Shown one piece after another: positions 39,990 through 52,670 of a stretch of 64,000 nt of DNA. Position 1 is the stretch's first letter. Every line of letters begins with the position of its first letter. The stretch spans positions 18,104,001 through 18,168,000 of the forward strand of contig CM114271.1 in assembly GCA_050084515.1 (NCBI GenBank), written 5' to 3'. Origin of the DNA: Blasia pusilla (Eukaryota). The position numbers and the translations under genes were made by a program. The notes beneath the pieces were generated by a model that did no database searches, was not told the DNA's origin, and worked only from the letters and a program-made list of their open reading frames with translations.

Positions 39990-40716
39990 CAGATAATGGA
40001 AGCTATGGGATTTGGATTATCTCTCTTGAAAGATTAACTCAATCCTGATCCAATCTCGAGGAGCTTTACAGATTAATGAATGTAGACCAATTCTTAGAAA
40101 CTTATAGTTCATGAGTTTGAGATTATATATTAGCTCTTGCCTATGACTTTAAGTTATGTAGCAAGAGAGAGGAGGATTGAGGATGTTTCTCCAATAAGGA
40201 TAGAGATAAAGCGCGAGTGGTACTTGATTCTCTTTTCCTAAATCCATACAACAAAAATATCCTCTTCGTAGATAAGCAATATTTTTTTCGCTATGTATAT
40301 TATCACTTTGGAGAGATATTAATGAACCAATTCATACAATTTCCAACTCTGATGATACTTATGATTGTCACTTATGGAAGGACTTAGGATTTCACATCGT
40401 ATGTCCTCATTTTCAAACTTATGAATAGAAGCACATCTTCTCGAGTATATTTTAATTACTGAATATAAAAATTTCCGAGTGTATAATTTTAACGAGGTTT
40501 ATAAAGACTTCATAGTTAAGAAATTTTAAATTATGTAAAATAGAAAAAAAATTCCTTGACAAAACTATTTGTAATTCTTTTTGTTAGAGAATGGGGACTG
40601 CATGTTATGATTCTATACTAAATAGGGAAGAAAAATTGTAGATAAATTAATCTGTATGAACAACTGCTTCAACTAGAAGGTCCGTCCTTACTCGAAGAAA
40701 GACTTTCGATATAACA
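39990..40716 (+). repeat. Partial, decayed family-X LTR with ORF-X remnant
   Basis: ARVVLDSLFLNPY...ILFVDKQYFFRYVYYHFGE...IVTYGRT at ~40200-40620; ends CCTTACTCGAAGAAAG...GATATAACA. Confidence 0.7.
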
Positions 40717-43700
40717 ATATATTTCTCTAAAATACAATGATATGCAATGTTGGAGGAATTAAATAACAATTAAAAAATAATAAACAAAAGTATTTTCAAA
40801 ATTTTACATATTGAATTGTGCATTATCATCTCTGCCATAGCTATGTGGTTTGGATATGGATAAAATAAAATATTATTTAATATGAAGTATGTCATGGATT
40901 GTACGAGAGTCTACGCTTCCTTGCCAACTTAATCCAAGCTATAAATCAATGATTTCCACCAAATATATAGAAGTATTAATAAGATCAACCATCGATTCTC
41001 TATGTGCTTAACATATTTTCTTTTCAAATTTCTATCCCATTTTTCGCAATCAGCCTTCGTAAAATTTTGGACACTATTAGTGTTGTATATTTGAACATAC
41101 AATGATGAATAATTCTCTTCATATAAAGTTGTAACTACACATTATTTCAATTTGTGCAAGTATTTAACTTTTTGTATCTCCCTAACATAATGCATATTTT
41201 GAAGCCAATGTAACTACACTCATGGTACTTTAAGATCACTAATCATTGTCACTTGCTCCATGAGATATACTCATACACATCAAATTAGTCAACTCATATA
41301 ATTAAAGATTTTTGAACAAATCTTTCACAATAGTCCTACATCTTAATTTAAATAGTATTTTATCCTCTCGAATATTGGATACGTGTTATCTTTCCTTGTA
41401 AAATTGAGGTCATCTTCATTCAATAACTAATATGCATATGTTTCCAATATTTATGAGCATCACCTATAAGTATTCATTCCTTCCAAAATCACCAAACAAG
41501 TGCAAGTACATATGACGGAGATTTTATCCTTGCAACTCAAGAGAGTATTCAAGTAATAAAACTTCATGATGTTATTGCAAAAAAATATCAATTTGTTATT
41601 CGACAAGTGTTTTATGATTGCTTGTTATATTGTTCAATTGAAGAGTATGTGATCGTCTGTACATGCCCATAGAAATGAACTTTGCAAAGTAATTCGTTTA
41701 AGCTAGCATGTTGATAGTAGGCATAATAAATACCAACGAGCTTAGACTTGCAATTGCCATTGCATAATTTTGAACGGAAAATTGAAGATATTTTATTTAC
41801 CGTATTGTCGATCATACTATCTATATTTTCTAGTGGCTATCTATAACTATTTTGTTGTTCTTATTCAATATTAGTGGTGGATGACATAAAATTTTTTTCA
41901 TCCAAACATATAATTTTTTCTTTGCATTTGTTAAATATCTTATTGATTGTTATTTGACCAAAGAAATATCGAAGACTACTAATATCTAATATGTTTGGTA
42001 TTTTGAACTTGTTGATGTTTGTATCTTTCAATTCTTTTAGTTTATGGTGGCCAATCTCTTACTTAGACTAGATTTCCACATCTAGTATGATGTCATCTAT
42101 ATTTTGATGAATCATGTTTTGCTTAGGTAGTTCCAATACAAGTTTATTCATATTCTTATGTTTATTACCATATGCGTTCATAATAATTTATGCACCATTC
42201 GGTTGAGATCTATTCATAACTTTGGGACTTTCTATTCAATATCATTTTGTAATGAATTCTAATTGCTATAGTTTATTGAAAGTGACTTATCTTGTATTCA
42301 CCTTGTAGGATAATTTTAGACAATGAATTGCAATAAGTTCATTGTATTGTTGCTCTCCGATGTTGCATCATTTGGAGATTTCATCATCATTAACTAAACA
42401 ATATACCCACACATATCGATGTTTTCCAAAGCAAGAAAGCCCACTTTCAAGTACCATGGATCCAATTTTCAACGATGCTATCGTTATAATTTCACTATTC
42501 AAGAGAGCAATGAAGAACATTGAGGCGATTCGTGATACGTTTGATGAGTCATGAAGTAAAGTTGACACCTTTAACACTCTATTATAATATGTTGCCAATG
42601 ATGTGAAGTATCACCACAGTAGTGTAGGACAACTTAAGTAAAGGAATCAGATCGATACGTTCAACAATTCGTTTTTTTGGCAAGTATTTATTAAATGATG
42701 AAGATTTGCTTGAATGCGATAATTACTTGTAACTTATTTTAGATTTTTTGGTATAGATATCATGTATGTGGGGGAGTCTTAACTTCTAGTTGCACATTTT
42801 TAATTCCTCCTCTTTAGCAATTGATATCCAATTTGACTTACCTTACTATAAAGTTCAATACTAGATACTAAAATATTTTGTTTACATTTGGTTGATGCAA
42901 TATATTTTCTATGATATAATTTGTCATAATTATAGTTGATAAAATTTATTTATTTCATGAAAGATTATGGTATACATGCAATTTTCAATTATCAACCATT
43001 GAAGTTTCTTATTAAGGCATTTATAGCCCTTTGAGGAAATTTTCCCAATTGCCCATCTAATTGACTGGATTCGTGTATCTAAGTCAATCTCTTGTGAATG
43101 ATATTTTGTATTGAGTTCTAATTATATATTATAAAAGTTTAATCAAACATCCTTCTTATATTGAGATTTACTATTCAATATCATTTTGGCCCATGGAATT
43201 TCATATTCGAAGACTTCTCATTTTTAACAACTATTATTCATGATTATTTTACATATTAGCAACCATAACATTCATACAAAATAATTTGTTTATATAGTAG
43301 CAACCATAAAATTTGTATAAAGTTAGACTCCACATTAATATATACATTATTATGTGTCTTCAATACCACCATGTTACTTTGTATTATTCATAGTTGTTTG
43401 TCAAATAAGAAATGTTGTAAGCATCTTACGTTCTTTGCCTTAGGCTTCTATATTGCATATAAGTGTTGATTCATAATATAGATTAAATATATAACTATTG
43501 TTCACATTGTATTACGTATTAGCAATACTATACTCTTAGTATACAAATGGACTTTCTACTACTGAATTTTTTGGTTGGTAGCCTAATCTTATGTATTTAA
43601 TATAGAAAATAATTAATAATAGGATTTGGTGGTTCATTTTACAAGCACTCCACACAATATGTACTTATGGCGTAATGTATTTTGTGGCATATCACAAAAA

Positions 43701-46700
43701 TATAGGATATAAGTTGAGGTCATAAAAAACTCTGAATAATATATATTGAGGGCCAATGCTTGGAGCATACAATAGTGTAAACATATTTGGGCATCTTGGT
43801 TGGTATCTTAGATAATTATAATTATTTTCCATATATTAACGTCCTCGTTTCCAAGTTTATACAAAGTAGGATGCCCTCTATTGAAGTATCTTAGGTATTT
43901 ATAGTCTATGTATTGACATCCCCATTCCTAGGTTTACACAAAGTGAGAGGAAATGTATTTACATTTTATATTCTCATCAAACAAAGCCTTTGAATATGAA
44001 ACATTTTAACTGTGATTATGATTATGATTACATCTAATCCACGAAATTCATGGAACCTATAAACTCGTTTAAAACTTAAATTGATCTATCAACATTGAGT
44101 AAATAGAGAGATCAATATCTCCACTCAAGTGCAATATTCACATTTTTGCAATCACACCCCTAAGGATCACTGTACTTGTTTTCAATGAAAGTTATATTCT
44201 ATTCTCTAAACATGTTAAGTTACGCTATCTACAATCAATCATTACCACAAAGGGTAATGGGCATTTTCAACATCTAAAGAAACCACCATTAAGTATCGTA
44301 GTGCTTATATACATGAAATAATCGATACAATATGTAAAGAAAATAAAATGTATGCAAATGAGCAATCGTTGCACTTTTAGTATGTAGATATATCTTCAAC
44401 TTAATTGGGCGATAAAGATCTAAACCAAAATTGAGTATGATCATCTAAATCGAGACTTGGAGCCTTAGAAGTCGAAGCTAAAAGATCTTGCAAGGAAAGT
44501 CGTAGTGAAGTCCGACAGAAACCTGATGTAATACTTATGAAGGCTACACTCCCATAAATAAAAAAAAATACTTCTTAAGTTAATAAGGAAAGAAGAAAGA
44601 ATATGGAGGGTAATAATAGGGAACCGTTGTCCAAAAAGTAACGATGTCGTTGATATCTTGTTGAGAACTAGAGAATCTTGGTAAAAATATAGTTAAGAGC
44701 AAATCTTAAAGATAGAGGATGTATTACCTTTAGTTAAATTAGGAAGGTATGAAGATTGACCAAGGATGAATAGAAAAGTCCTACCATTCAAAGCTAGCAA
44801 AATGGCAAAAGCTCCTCAGAAATGATTTGGAAGGATAAGTTAAGAGAGAGTGAAAAACATTTTGGAGAAACAAAATAGGAAGCATTCCGAGAGATCAAGG
44901 ATGCACTTGGAAAGCCAAGAAGTAGACGCTTCCAGAACGCTAGGTTGGAGAGCCCAATCAGAATCAAAGAGCACATATATAACTCTAAAGTGAAAGGGGA
45001 TATACAAATTTTGCTGCAAAAAATTGGAAAATATTTTTGGGAGCTTTATGGAAGATCTATTTATAAGCTTGAGAAGATTGGAAAAAAATTAGAAAACAAG
45101 GAAGATGTGCGTTCTTTCATAAGTTTAATCTCATCAAGATTGTTTCCACATCTTTCAGAAAGTGAGATTAAGTACGTAATGTTGTTGCCGTAAATTTTGA
45201 GTGTTGATTGAAAGTGTTTGAATTTGGAGAGATCAAGGAGGAGTTTGAAGGGAGAAATTAATATCATTTGGGAGACTTGAGAAGATAAGCTCATTATCTT
45301 AATCAATTTTCATAGTGATTATTGTTGAGAGATGAAGAAGAGAGAGAAAGAAATCCTTTTAACTTCACGACTACCTTACAGGTTTTATAGTTGGATTCTA
45401 AGTTCTAGGCATTAAGCTTTGGTGATGAGTTGAGTGGTCTTCTTATTAAAAGAATTATGCCTTGAATTTTTTTATCTCAGAGTTTGGATGTATAGTTGAA
45501 AGTGATTTGATTGGTCAATAAGGGATGGAGAATTCTTTGGTTATAAAAGTTTCAATTTTGTTGATAGTGGTGGCTCTTGTTACGGCCCTATTACTAGACC
45601 ACATTAATTGGTTCTCTCTCTCCACCTACCGCGTGTTTTGGTGGGATTGGATGCTAAGTCGATTTCGAGTGCAGACGTTATAGAATGCAAGTTATTTTGT
45701 AGTAACTTCTCAACCGCCGTATGTGAATGGGGACGTGAGTCAAAATAAAGACATTTGGACTCACTCCGCTCTCCACTTTATGTTAATATTCTTCAGCTCT
45801 TAATGGTGTGTTATCTTTCTTTTGCTCTCCACATCGTGTTACTTATTTTCATGTTGCGTTTCCTCAATTAATTTCATTTTCTTCTACTCTCCACACCGTG
45901 TTAGTATCTTACCCGATTCACATCGCAATAATATTCCTCTGTTTGGAGGGATATTGAAAGAATATGCTTCTTATGTTCCGGCTTTGGACAAGCCAGATCG
46001 AAACGGAGCATGGGTGAGGCCGGAACATAGCCTCCAAATGGAGGGCTCCGTTTATGTGGCTTCTCCTCCATTTACTATTAAGAAAAGGATGCGGGTATTA
46101 TTTAGGATGAACGGGCACTCTGAATTCTCTCTCTCCCATTTTGTGACATCAAAATTTCCAGAGAGCTCTTTTGCCTTTTTTTTTTAAGGTAAGCTACAAA
46201 ATATTGTTATGAGAGTGTACTAGATTATGATAGTCATATCTTTTCCGTTGCAGATCATTACGCCCTGTTCTTAGAGTCAAAATGAACGCAATGAGAAGAT
46301 CTTCAAACCTTTTTTTTTTTTTTTTGGATATCTGTATGAAATATACATTAAATCTTATATATTTTTGCGTAAAGTCAGTTATACCATTCAATGATGATTT
46401 AGATTATATTAAAGTGTTTTTGTGTGCTCTAGGTACAAGAAATGTCTGCCCTACATGGAGAGGACTATCGACGTTTCAGAAAACACGGTGGTATTCGACT
46501 CATAAAGAACTATGACCTCAACCAAGATCAAGAAACAGTTTCGGTATGCTTTCTGATATGATTGCAATCCTTCATGTTGCATCATATGCATTTTATGAGG
46601 GTTTTGTTTGTGATGATGCTTATCACTATGAATCGTGTTGTCTTGATTTCACGTCCTTCTTCTCTTAGAAAACCAGAAGTAGAATGGAGTAAAGAGAAGG

Positions 46701-49700
46701 AGAGAATATTTCTTGATTTGTATGAAGAATGTTTCCACCATTGTAATCAAAGCAATGTGAGCCAAGATCAATGGCGATTGCTTGCAATTCATATGAATGA
46801 AAAATACCAAGTGACCATACCATATGAGTCACAAATGTTAAGAAAAAAATTAGATGGGTTAGTAAAAAAGTATAAGAGTGAAAAAATGAAACAAGGTCAA
46901 ACCGGTACCGCACCAAGTGAGTTGGAATATTATGCTTAAATACATAGGTTTAGAGGTCCATTTCCAAAAGAATCATGAATACCTGGTGCATGTGATGGTG
47001 ATACTAACATCCAAGATGTCATGACCATACGGATTATGTCGTAGAGTATAGTGCTGGTAGAGGCCATTCCTTATGTAGGACCGTAGTGGCTTGGTAGAGA
47101 TGCGGTTCCATACATAGGGTTGGGGTTACTCACTTGGGGTGACTTTCCCAGTAGGGCCCGCTCTTAGGTTGGAGGATATAAGGTGGCTTGCCCTCAAAGA
47201 ACAGTCAGTTCTTTGAGTTGAGCCTGTTGCGTTGGGAGTTAGCCTTGGTAGTGAGTAGAGATCTTGGCTATGGTGTTTCCCGCAAGCTTCGACCTAGATT
47301 CTCCCATCGTGGAATGGGTTTGGCTCGATTGTATGTGATTGTAAACGTGTTTAATGCGATGAGGTCTTTCACGGATTTCACTCAAAGAACTCGGAGTAGA
47401 TCGATGGTAGCCGATTGTAGATCAAGAGATTTGGTTAGGGTTGATTGTGTACTCAACCGTGGATATTCGCGGCTTGTTGCCTATGTTGGAGGTGTGAATC
47501 AGGTGCGTGGTTGGTTGGGAAAGAAGCGCCTTGCTGAGAGCTTTCCAACGCGTTATAGATCGCGGATTTCGTCAAGGGAGTTGGAAGTTATCAAGCATTG
47601 AAGATTAGTTCGTGTTCGACAATTTTTACGATGTGGAGAGCTTGGAGTGCGGAAGCTCTGTTGAAGTTCATCCAGATCGGGTGAGAGGTTCCTATTGCTA
47701 CTTGTATTGTGATCTCATGTGAAGCTATCTCGCCGAGTGCGTGGAGCGTTATGGATTTCTGCGTGCATGAAACTTGGCGGAAGCGCTGCCGGATTTGCGG
47801 TTCTAGAGGTGTATGGACAGCAAGTTTGTATGATTTTTAGCTCGGAGTACGGAGCTCGGTTGTAGTTGATTTTTTGTGGGGAGATAGCTATGGTGGTCAA
47901 TTGAATTCTGATTGAAACAGATTTGATTTCGGTCACGTATTTGTGAAGAAATTTTTGATCGAAATTTCGCGGACTAGCTCAAGGTCTAGCTATGGTGGAC
48001 AGCGGATCGGAGGGGCTGGTTGGTTGGTGACTCGTTCATTGTTGGAGACACCTATCCCGTTAGGGGCGCCCTGGTTGGACCTCTCTCCATAGCGAAGCAT
48101 GGCGAAGCATGGCAAACGGGGCATGTCTCGAGCATTTTGAGGCTTCGAGGCAACTCGTGGTAGCTCGGGGCGAGTGGGCGTGAGAGGCGGAGTAAGGAGC
48201 AAGGAGCAAGGAGCAAGCAAGCAAGCTTGCTTGCTTGGGCGTGAGGCAATTTTTGCAGGATTTGGGATTTGAGTTTTGCATAACTGGTCACCTATCTTTG
48301 GGCTATTCTACCTGGAGGACGCTTAACTGCTGAGTTCTTAACTATGCTAGTGTACATACTGTTGTAGCTCATTTGGTGCTGTTCGGAGAGGTGTTAGGCA
48401 CTTTATGCATCTCAGGTTTTTGGTTGATGTACCTCTAGCGCATAGTACGGTGTAGCCTCTCCATGCAGGTGATATTTTCAGGTGTCTTTGCGAGTTCGAC
48501 CGGCACGTCATCGACCGTGGCGGAGTAGCTATTGCGTTAGAATTGTGTGGTGGGTTTTGTGGATTCGAGAGGGCACCACGTTTGGTGGATTGTGTTACCT
48601 TGATTTCCATTTGCGATTGGAGGGTTGTCGTTGGATTTCTGTGTTTGGATCCCCTCCATTGTGCTTTTGCTTGCGCCCATTGTTAGGGTTGACGCTGATT
48701 TCCATAGTAGTGTTACTCTGTGTGCTACTTGATAGTGAGGTGGAGTGATGACCGATGAGACCGTGGGAGTCTTCTTGTGGTGATGAGAGGTTAGGTTGCC
48801 TACACCCATAGCTAGTAGAGCTACAATAGTAGAGCGACATCGGCGTCACTTGGGTAATTTGGTGGTGGTGCGGCATCGGCGTTGGTCATCACGGAGTCGG
48901 GTGGTCGGTTTGGGACCGTGGTGCGGGACAAGTGTTGGTTTCACACGGAGTGGATTTAGGTATCGCTACCTTTTCCACTTTCGACGATTGATGAAGAGGA
49001 GGGCGAGGGTGTTCCAAACACCGAGTCTTCTACGTTGTTATCGAGTGTTGCGGCTCCATTGATTTGGGACATGGACGGTGGATATGGGGCCATGAAGGGC
49101 CCACGACAATACTCGGGTGTAGTGGGTACCATTGAGTTGGAGGACTTCATGCAGGAGTTTGATACGTGGTGTGATATGCAGATGTTTGAACGGCACGTTG
49201 TTTACACCCTTCTTGGCTTGGAAGGGGTTGTTTCAAAGACTTGGAAGGACCACCCATGGATGATTACCATGAGTTTAGGAAGGACCATGTTGTTGAGATT
49301 GAGGCATGGAGACAATATTGGTCTCAGGCTATGTGTCTATCACCCATGGTGGTATTGGTAGTAGTGCTCCTACTATGCCCGGCCGGCCCGACGTTGAGTG
49401 AGTGGTACGAGCACTGAGCCGGAGTGGGGGTACCGTGGAGGTACTAGTGGGGGTACTAGTGGAGGTACTAGTGCCCCACCATCATTTAGCCAGTTTTGCA
49501 GAGTTCTTCAAGAGGTTGAAGAAGAACTATCAAGGAGTGAAGACGGAGAAGTTGAGGAATCTTCAGGACTTTGAGCGAAAAGACTGGTGAGAGTCTTCGT
49601 GAGGCATACACGCGTATCGACGCTTGATTTCAGATTACCAGGGTGTGGACCGAGGATTAGGCAGCCGATCGATTTTGGTATGGGATCTTGGAGAGATTTG

Positions 49701-51726
49701 CGCCGTAGGGTGCGTGATGCTACTCTTATGAGTGATGATTCACCCACATTGACCCATGTGTTTGCTCTATCTCGAGAAGATTGAGCTTAACATGGTGAAG
49801 GAGAGAGTGGTGACATCCGCATTCAAGAGGGGATACAACTACTACTTCTCATGTTCACCGCCCACCTCACAGTCTCGTAGTAGTGGTGGTGGTAGTAGTA
49901 GTGGGAGTCGTGGGGGTACACGCGACCTCGTCAAGTCCTAGAGGGACATTTGTGTAGAGACCATTGCCTTCATTTGCTGCCCGCAGCAAGGACAATCATG
50001 TTGGACATGTGGAGGTGATCATGTTAGGAATTTTTGTCCCCAAGAGGATGGGGGCGGACTTTGGAGGATGGGCCTCGGTCGGCCCCAACTCGGTGTGATC
50101 ATTGTGGAGACTAGGTCATCCTCGAGAGCATTGCTTTGATCTTCATCCGAGTTGAGATCAGGCCGTGGCCGTGGTGGAGTAGCTCGAGAGGCCGAGGTGG
50201 TAGAGGTGGTAGAGGTGGACCAATGGTTAGAGAGCCTCACGGTGGCTACCCCTACCACTACGACAGAGTCGCACTATGGTCGCCAAAGATTGAGCAGTTG
50301 GAGCAGAGTTGGCTACTATGGTCGGTATCCAACATAGATCAGGAGTTCGGGAGCAGGGCTTCCACCTCTTATGGAGGGGATGATCTCTCTTATATGGCGA
50401 GTGCAAAGGGGTTGAGGCATCACCGAGCAGATCGAGAGAGGAGCCACTCGAGCGTCGAGCCACGTGGTGCTATGTGGAGTTGGACCCATAGAGGGGTGAG
50501 GTGGGGAGGCGAGCTAGGCTTCCCAGTCATTCTTGTTGTCCGAGGTGCTTAGGACTCCATCCATGGTTCCTACGCATCCTATTGAGCCAGCAGTGGGGAT
50601 CGGGCATCTACATCGCGTGTAGTAGACACGGATGCAGACTTCAAAGGCGATTGCGGATGGCAACCGGTGTTGGGATCCCCATTGTTTTCGGCCACTGAGG
50701 CGATGGCTTTAGGAGTTGACTTAGCTCTGTATTTCAGCTAGCGACCACATTGTGTGAACGTGGGGGTATTCTTGCTACACGTGTTGAGGTGGATGAGGAT
50801 GTTGCGGTGGAGCGACCCTCTATGTCGAGTAGCATTGAGTACCGGTGCTACTTGGCATGCAAAGCAGAGGCGAAGATGGATGCATTACGGCCGGCCAACC
50901 ATTGATCGTGAGAGGCTTACACTGGTGTATGTATGTTGGACAACCAGAGTGGGATCTTCCGATTGGTGAGTCCAACAGGACAGGTGTATAAACCAGATAG
51001 AGTCTTGTTAGACTCAGGTGCCCAACCTTTGATGTTGGGAAAGCGGCATGTATTGGTTTGGGTATTCGGAGGTCGAGCTTGAGCCTTGCCCATTCCGATT
51101 CAAACATCACTTGGAGGAGCCAATGATAGGTCTCAATTCATGACACGGGAAAAGTTTTTTGTACAGTTGAGACCAGATCATGCGACTGATAGCTCCCGGT
51201 TGGGAGTATCTGCGGTAGTCACATCGGCCGAGTCGTATGATGTACTAGTTGGAGGAGCGATTGTACCCGATGGGTTTTGGATGGATTACTGGATCGAGAC
51301 AGCGTCTTATAGACCAGGTTAGCGGCAAGACGGGATGGACGTATGAGCCAAGTTCGTGTGAGATTTATTTGGGGCTCGACCAGGAGGGTCTTCCCCAACA
51401 AGTGTTAGCATCTATGCCTGGTTTTAGTGGAGTAGTCACTTGGCCAGAGACTTTTTGAGGGTAATGTTTCGCTATGGATTCTCCTGCATGCATGAGGAGG
51501 TAGAGGAGGTCCCTATTTTTGCAGCAAATGGCATCCTCATCATTGGATGTGCCACTTTGGAGGAGTGCACTCAAAGCAGAGGGCGTCGCCTAGTGCAGAG
51601 GCTTGGTGTGAGGTCAGTTATACCTCACGAGGAAGAGGAGGCCCCACGGCGGACTCCTACGCCTGGTCCAGTTAGGTTATCCCTTTGGATACTACACCCA
51701 TTGTATGGCAAGTATCCGCCGGAGGG

Positions 51727-52670
51727 CATTTGTGTGTTAGATCTCTTTGGTGGGATTAGCACTGGTTTGGCAGATGTTGCAGCCGGTATTCTGTCTTGGA
51801 GATACGTGTATGTGGAGCGAGATGAGACGGTCCAGAGAGTCTCATCCCGACATATTGGTCAGTTGATGCGGAGATATCCTGAGTTGTTGTCGCCATCAGC
51901 TATTCGTGGGTACCAGCGTGCTTTACCATCACACATTGCATTGTTGGGGGCGCAGGACCTTGAGAGGGTTGGTCCTGTGGATTTGGTGATTGCTGGATGG
52001 CCATGTCAAGGTCATACACGTGCTGGTCGTGGTGAGGGATTACATGACCCTAGGTCTCGATTGTTTTGGGAGATGTTACGGGTGTTACGACATCTTCAGG
52101 TTCATCAGGCACGTGCTCTAGCTTACATTCTGGAGAATGTTCCATTGTTGGGTGACACTCGGACCCGGATGATGGCGAGTGTTCATGAGGTGCGGTCTTG
52201 GATTGGACCGGCGGTGTTGTTGGATGCAAAGGCGAGTTGGCTCAGCGTGCACATCGCTTGTGCTTGTGGTGGACAAACTTGTTGCTTAGGAGGTTCTCGT
52301 CGAGCATATGATGCAAAGGCAACGGGATCCTCGCCTTTACGGTGGATAGTATCTTGATCTTGGGCAACTTTCTCAAGTGGTGAGGGTTATTGATCGGTCA
52401 CCCATGGCGGTGGTGAACCGGTGGGCGACCTAGGATGGCGCTACCCACATTTGTGAGTTTTCCTCGTCACATGCCTAGGGAAGGGGGTCCGGGGCTTGTA
52501 TGGGATTCTCATGTGCGAAAGTTGGTGGAGCCTAACGCTCATGAGAGAGAGCGTGCGATGGGATTTGCTCTTGGTGTGACAAAGCGGTTGCTTCTAACCG
52601 AGGCTTCACGACGTCATGTGTTGGGTCATGCCATGGACCTGAATTGTTTGACTTGGATTTTGAGTCTTGG
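51727..52670 (+). CDS. C5 cytosine DNA methyltransferase domain (DNMT3-like motif layout) within the retroelement pol; frameshifted
   Basis: Motif I VLDLFGGISTG; II YVERD; IV DLVIAGWPCQG (catalytic PC); V-like PRSRLFWE; VI YILENV; VIII RAHRLCLWWTN (shifted frame ~52245); IX EPNAHERERAMGF; X RRHVLGHAMDL. Confidence 0.92.

Noticed and set aside
44500-45400. Purine-rich coding-like fragments
   Set aside because: Probably a TE relic, but no motif I can assign
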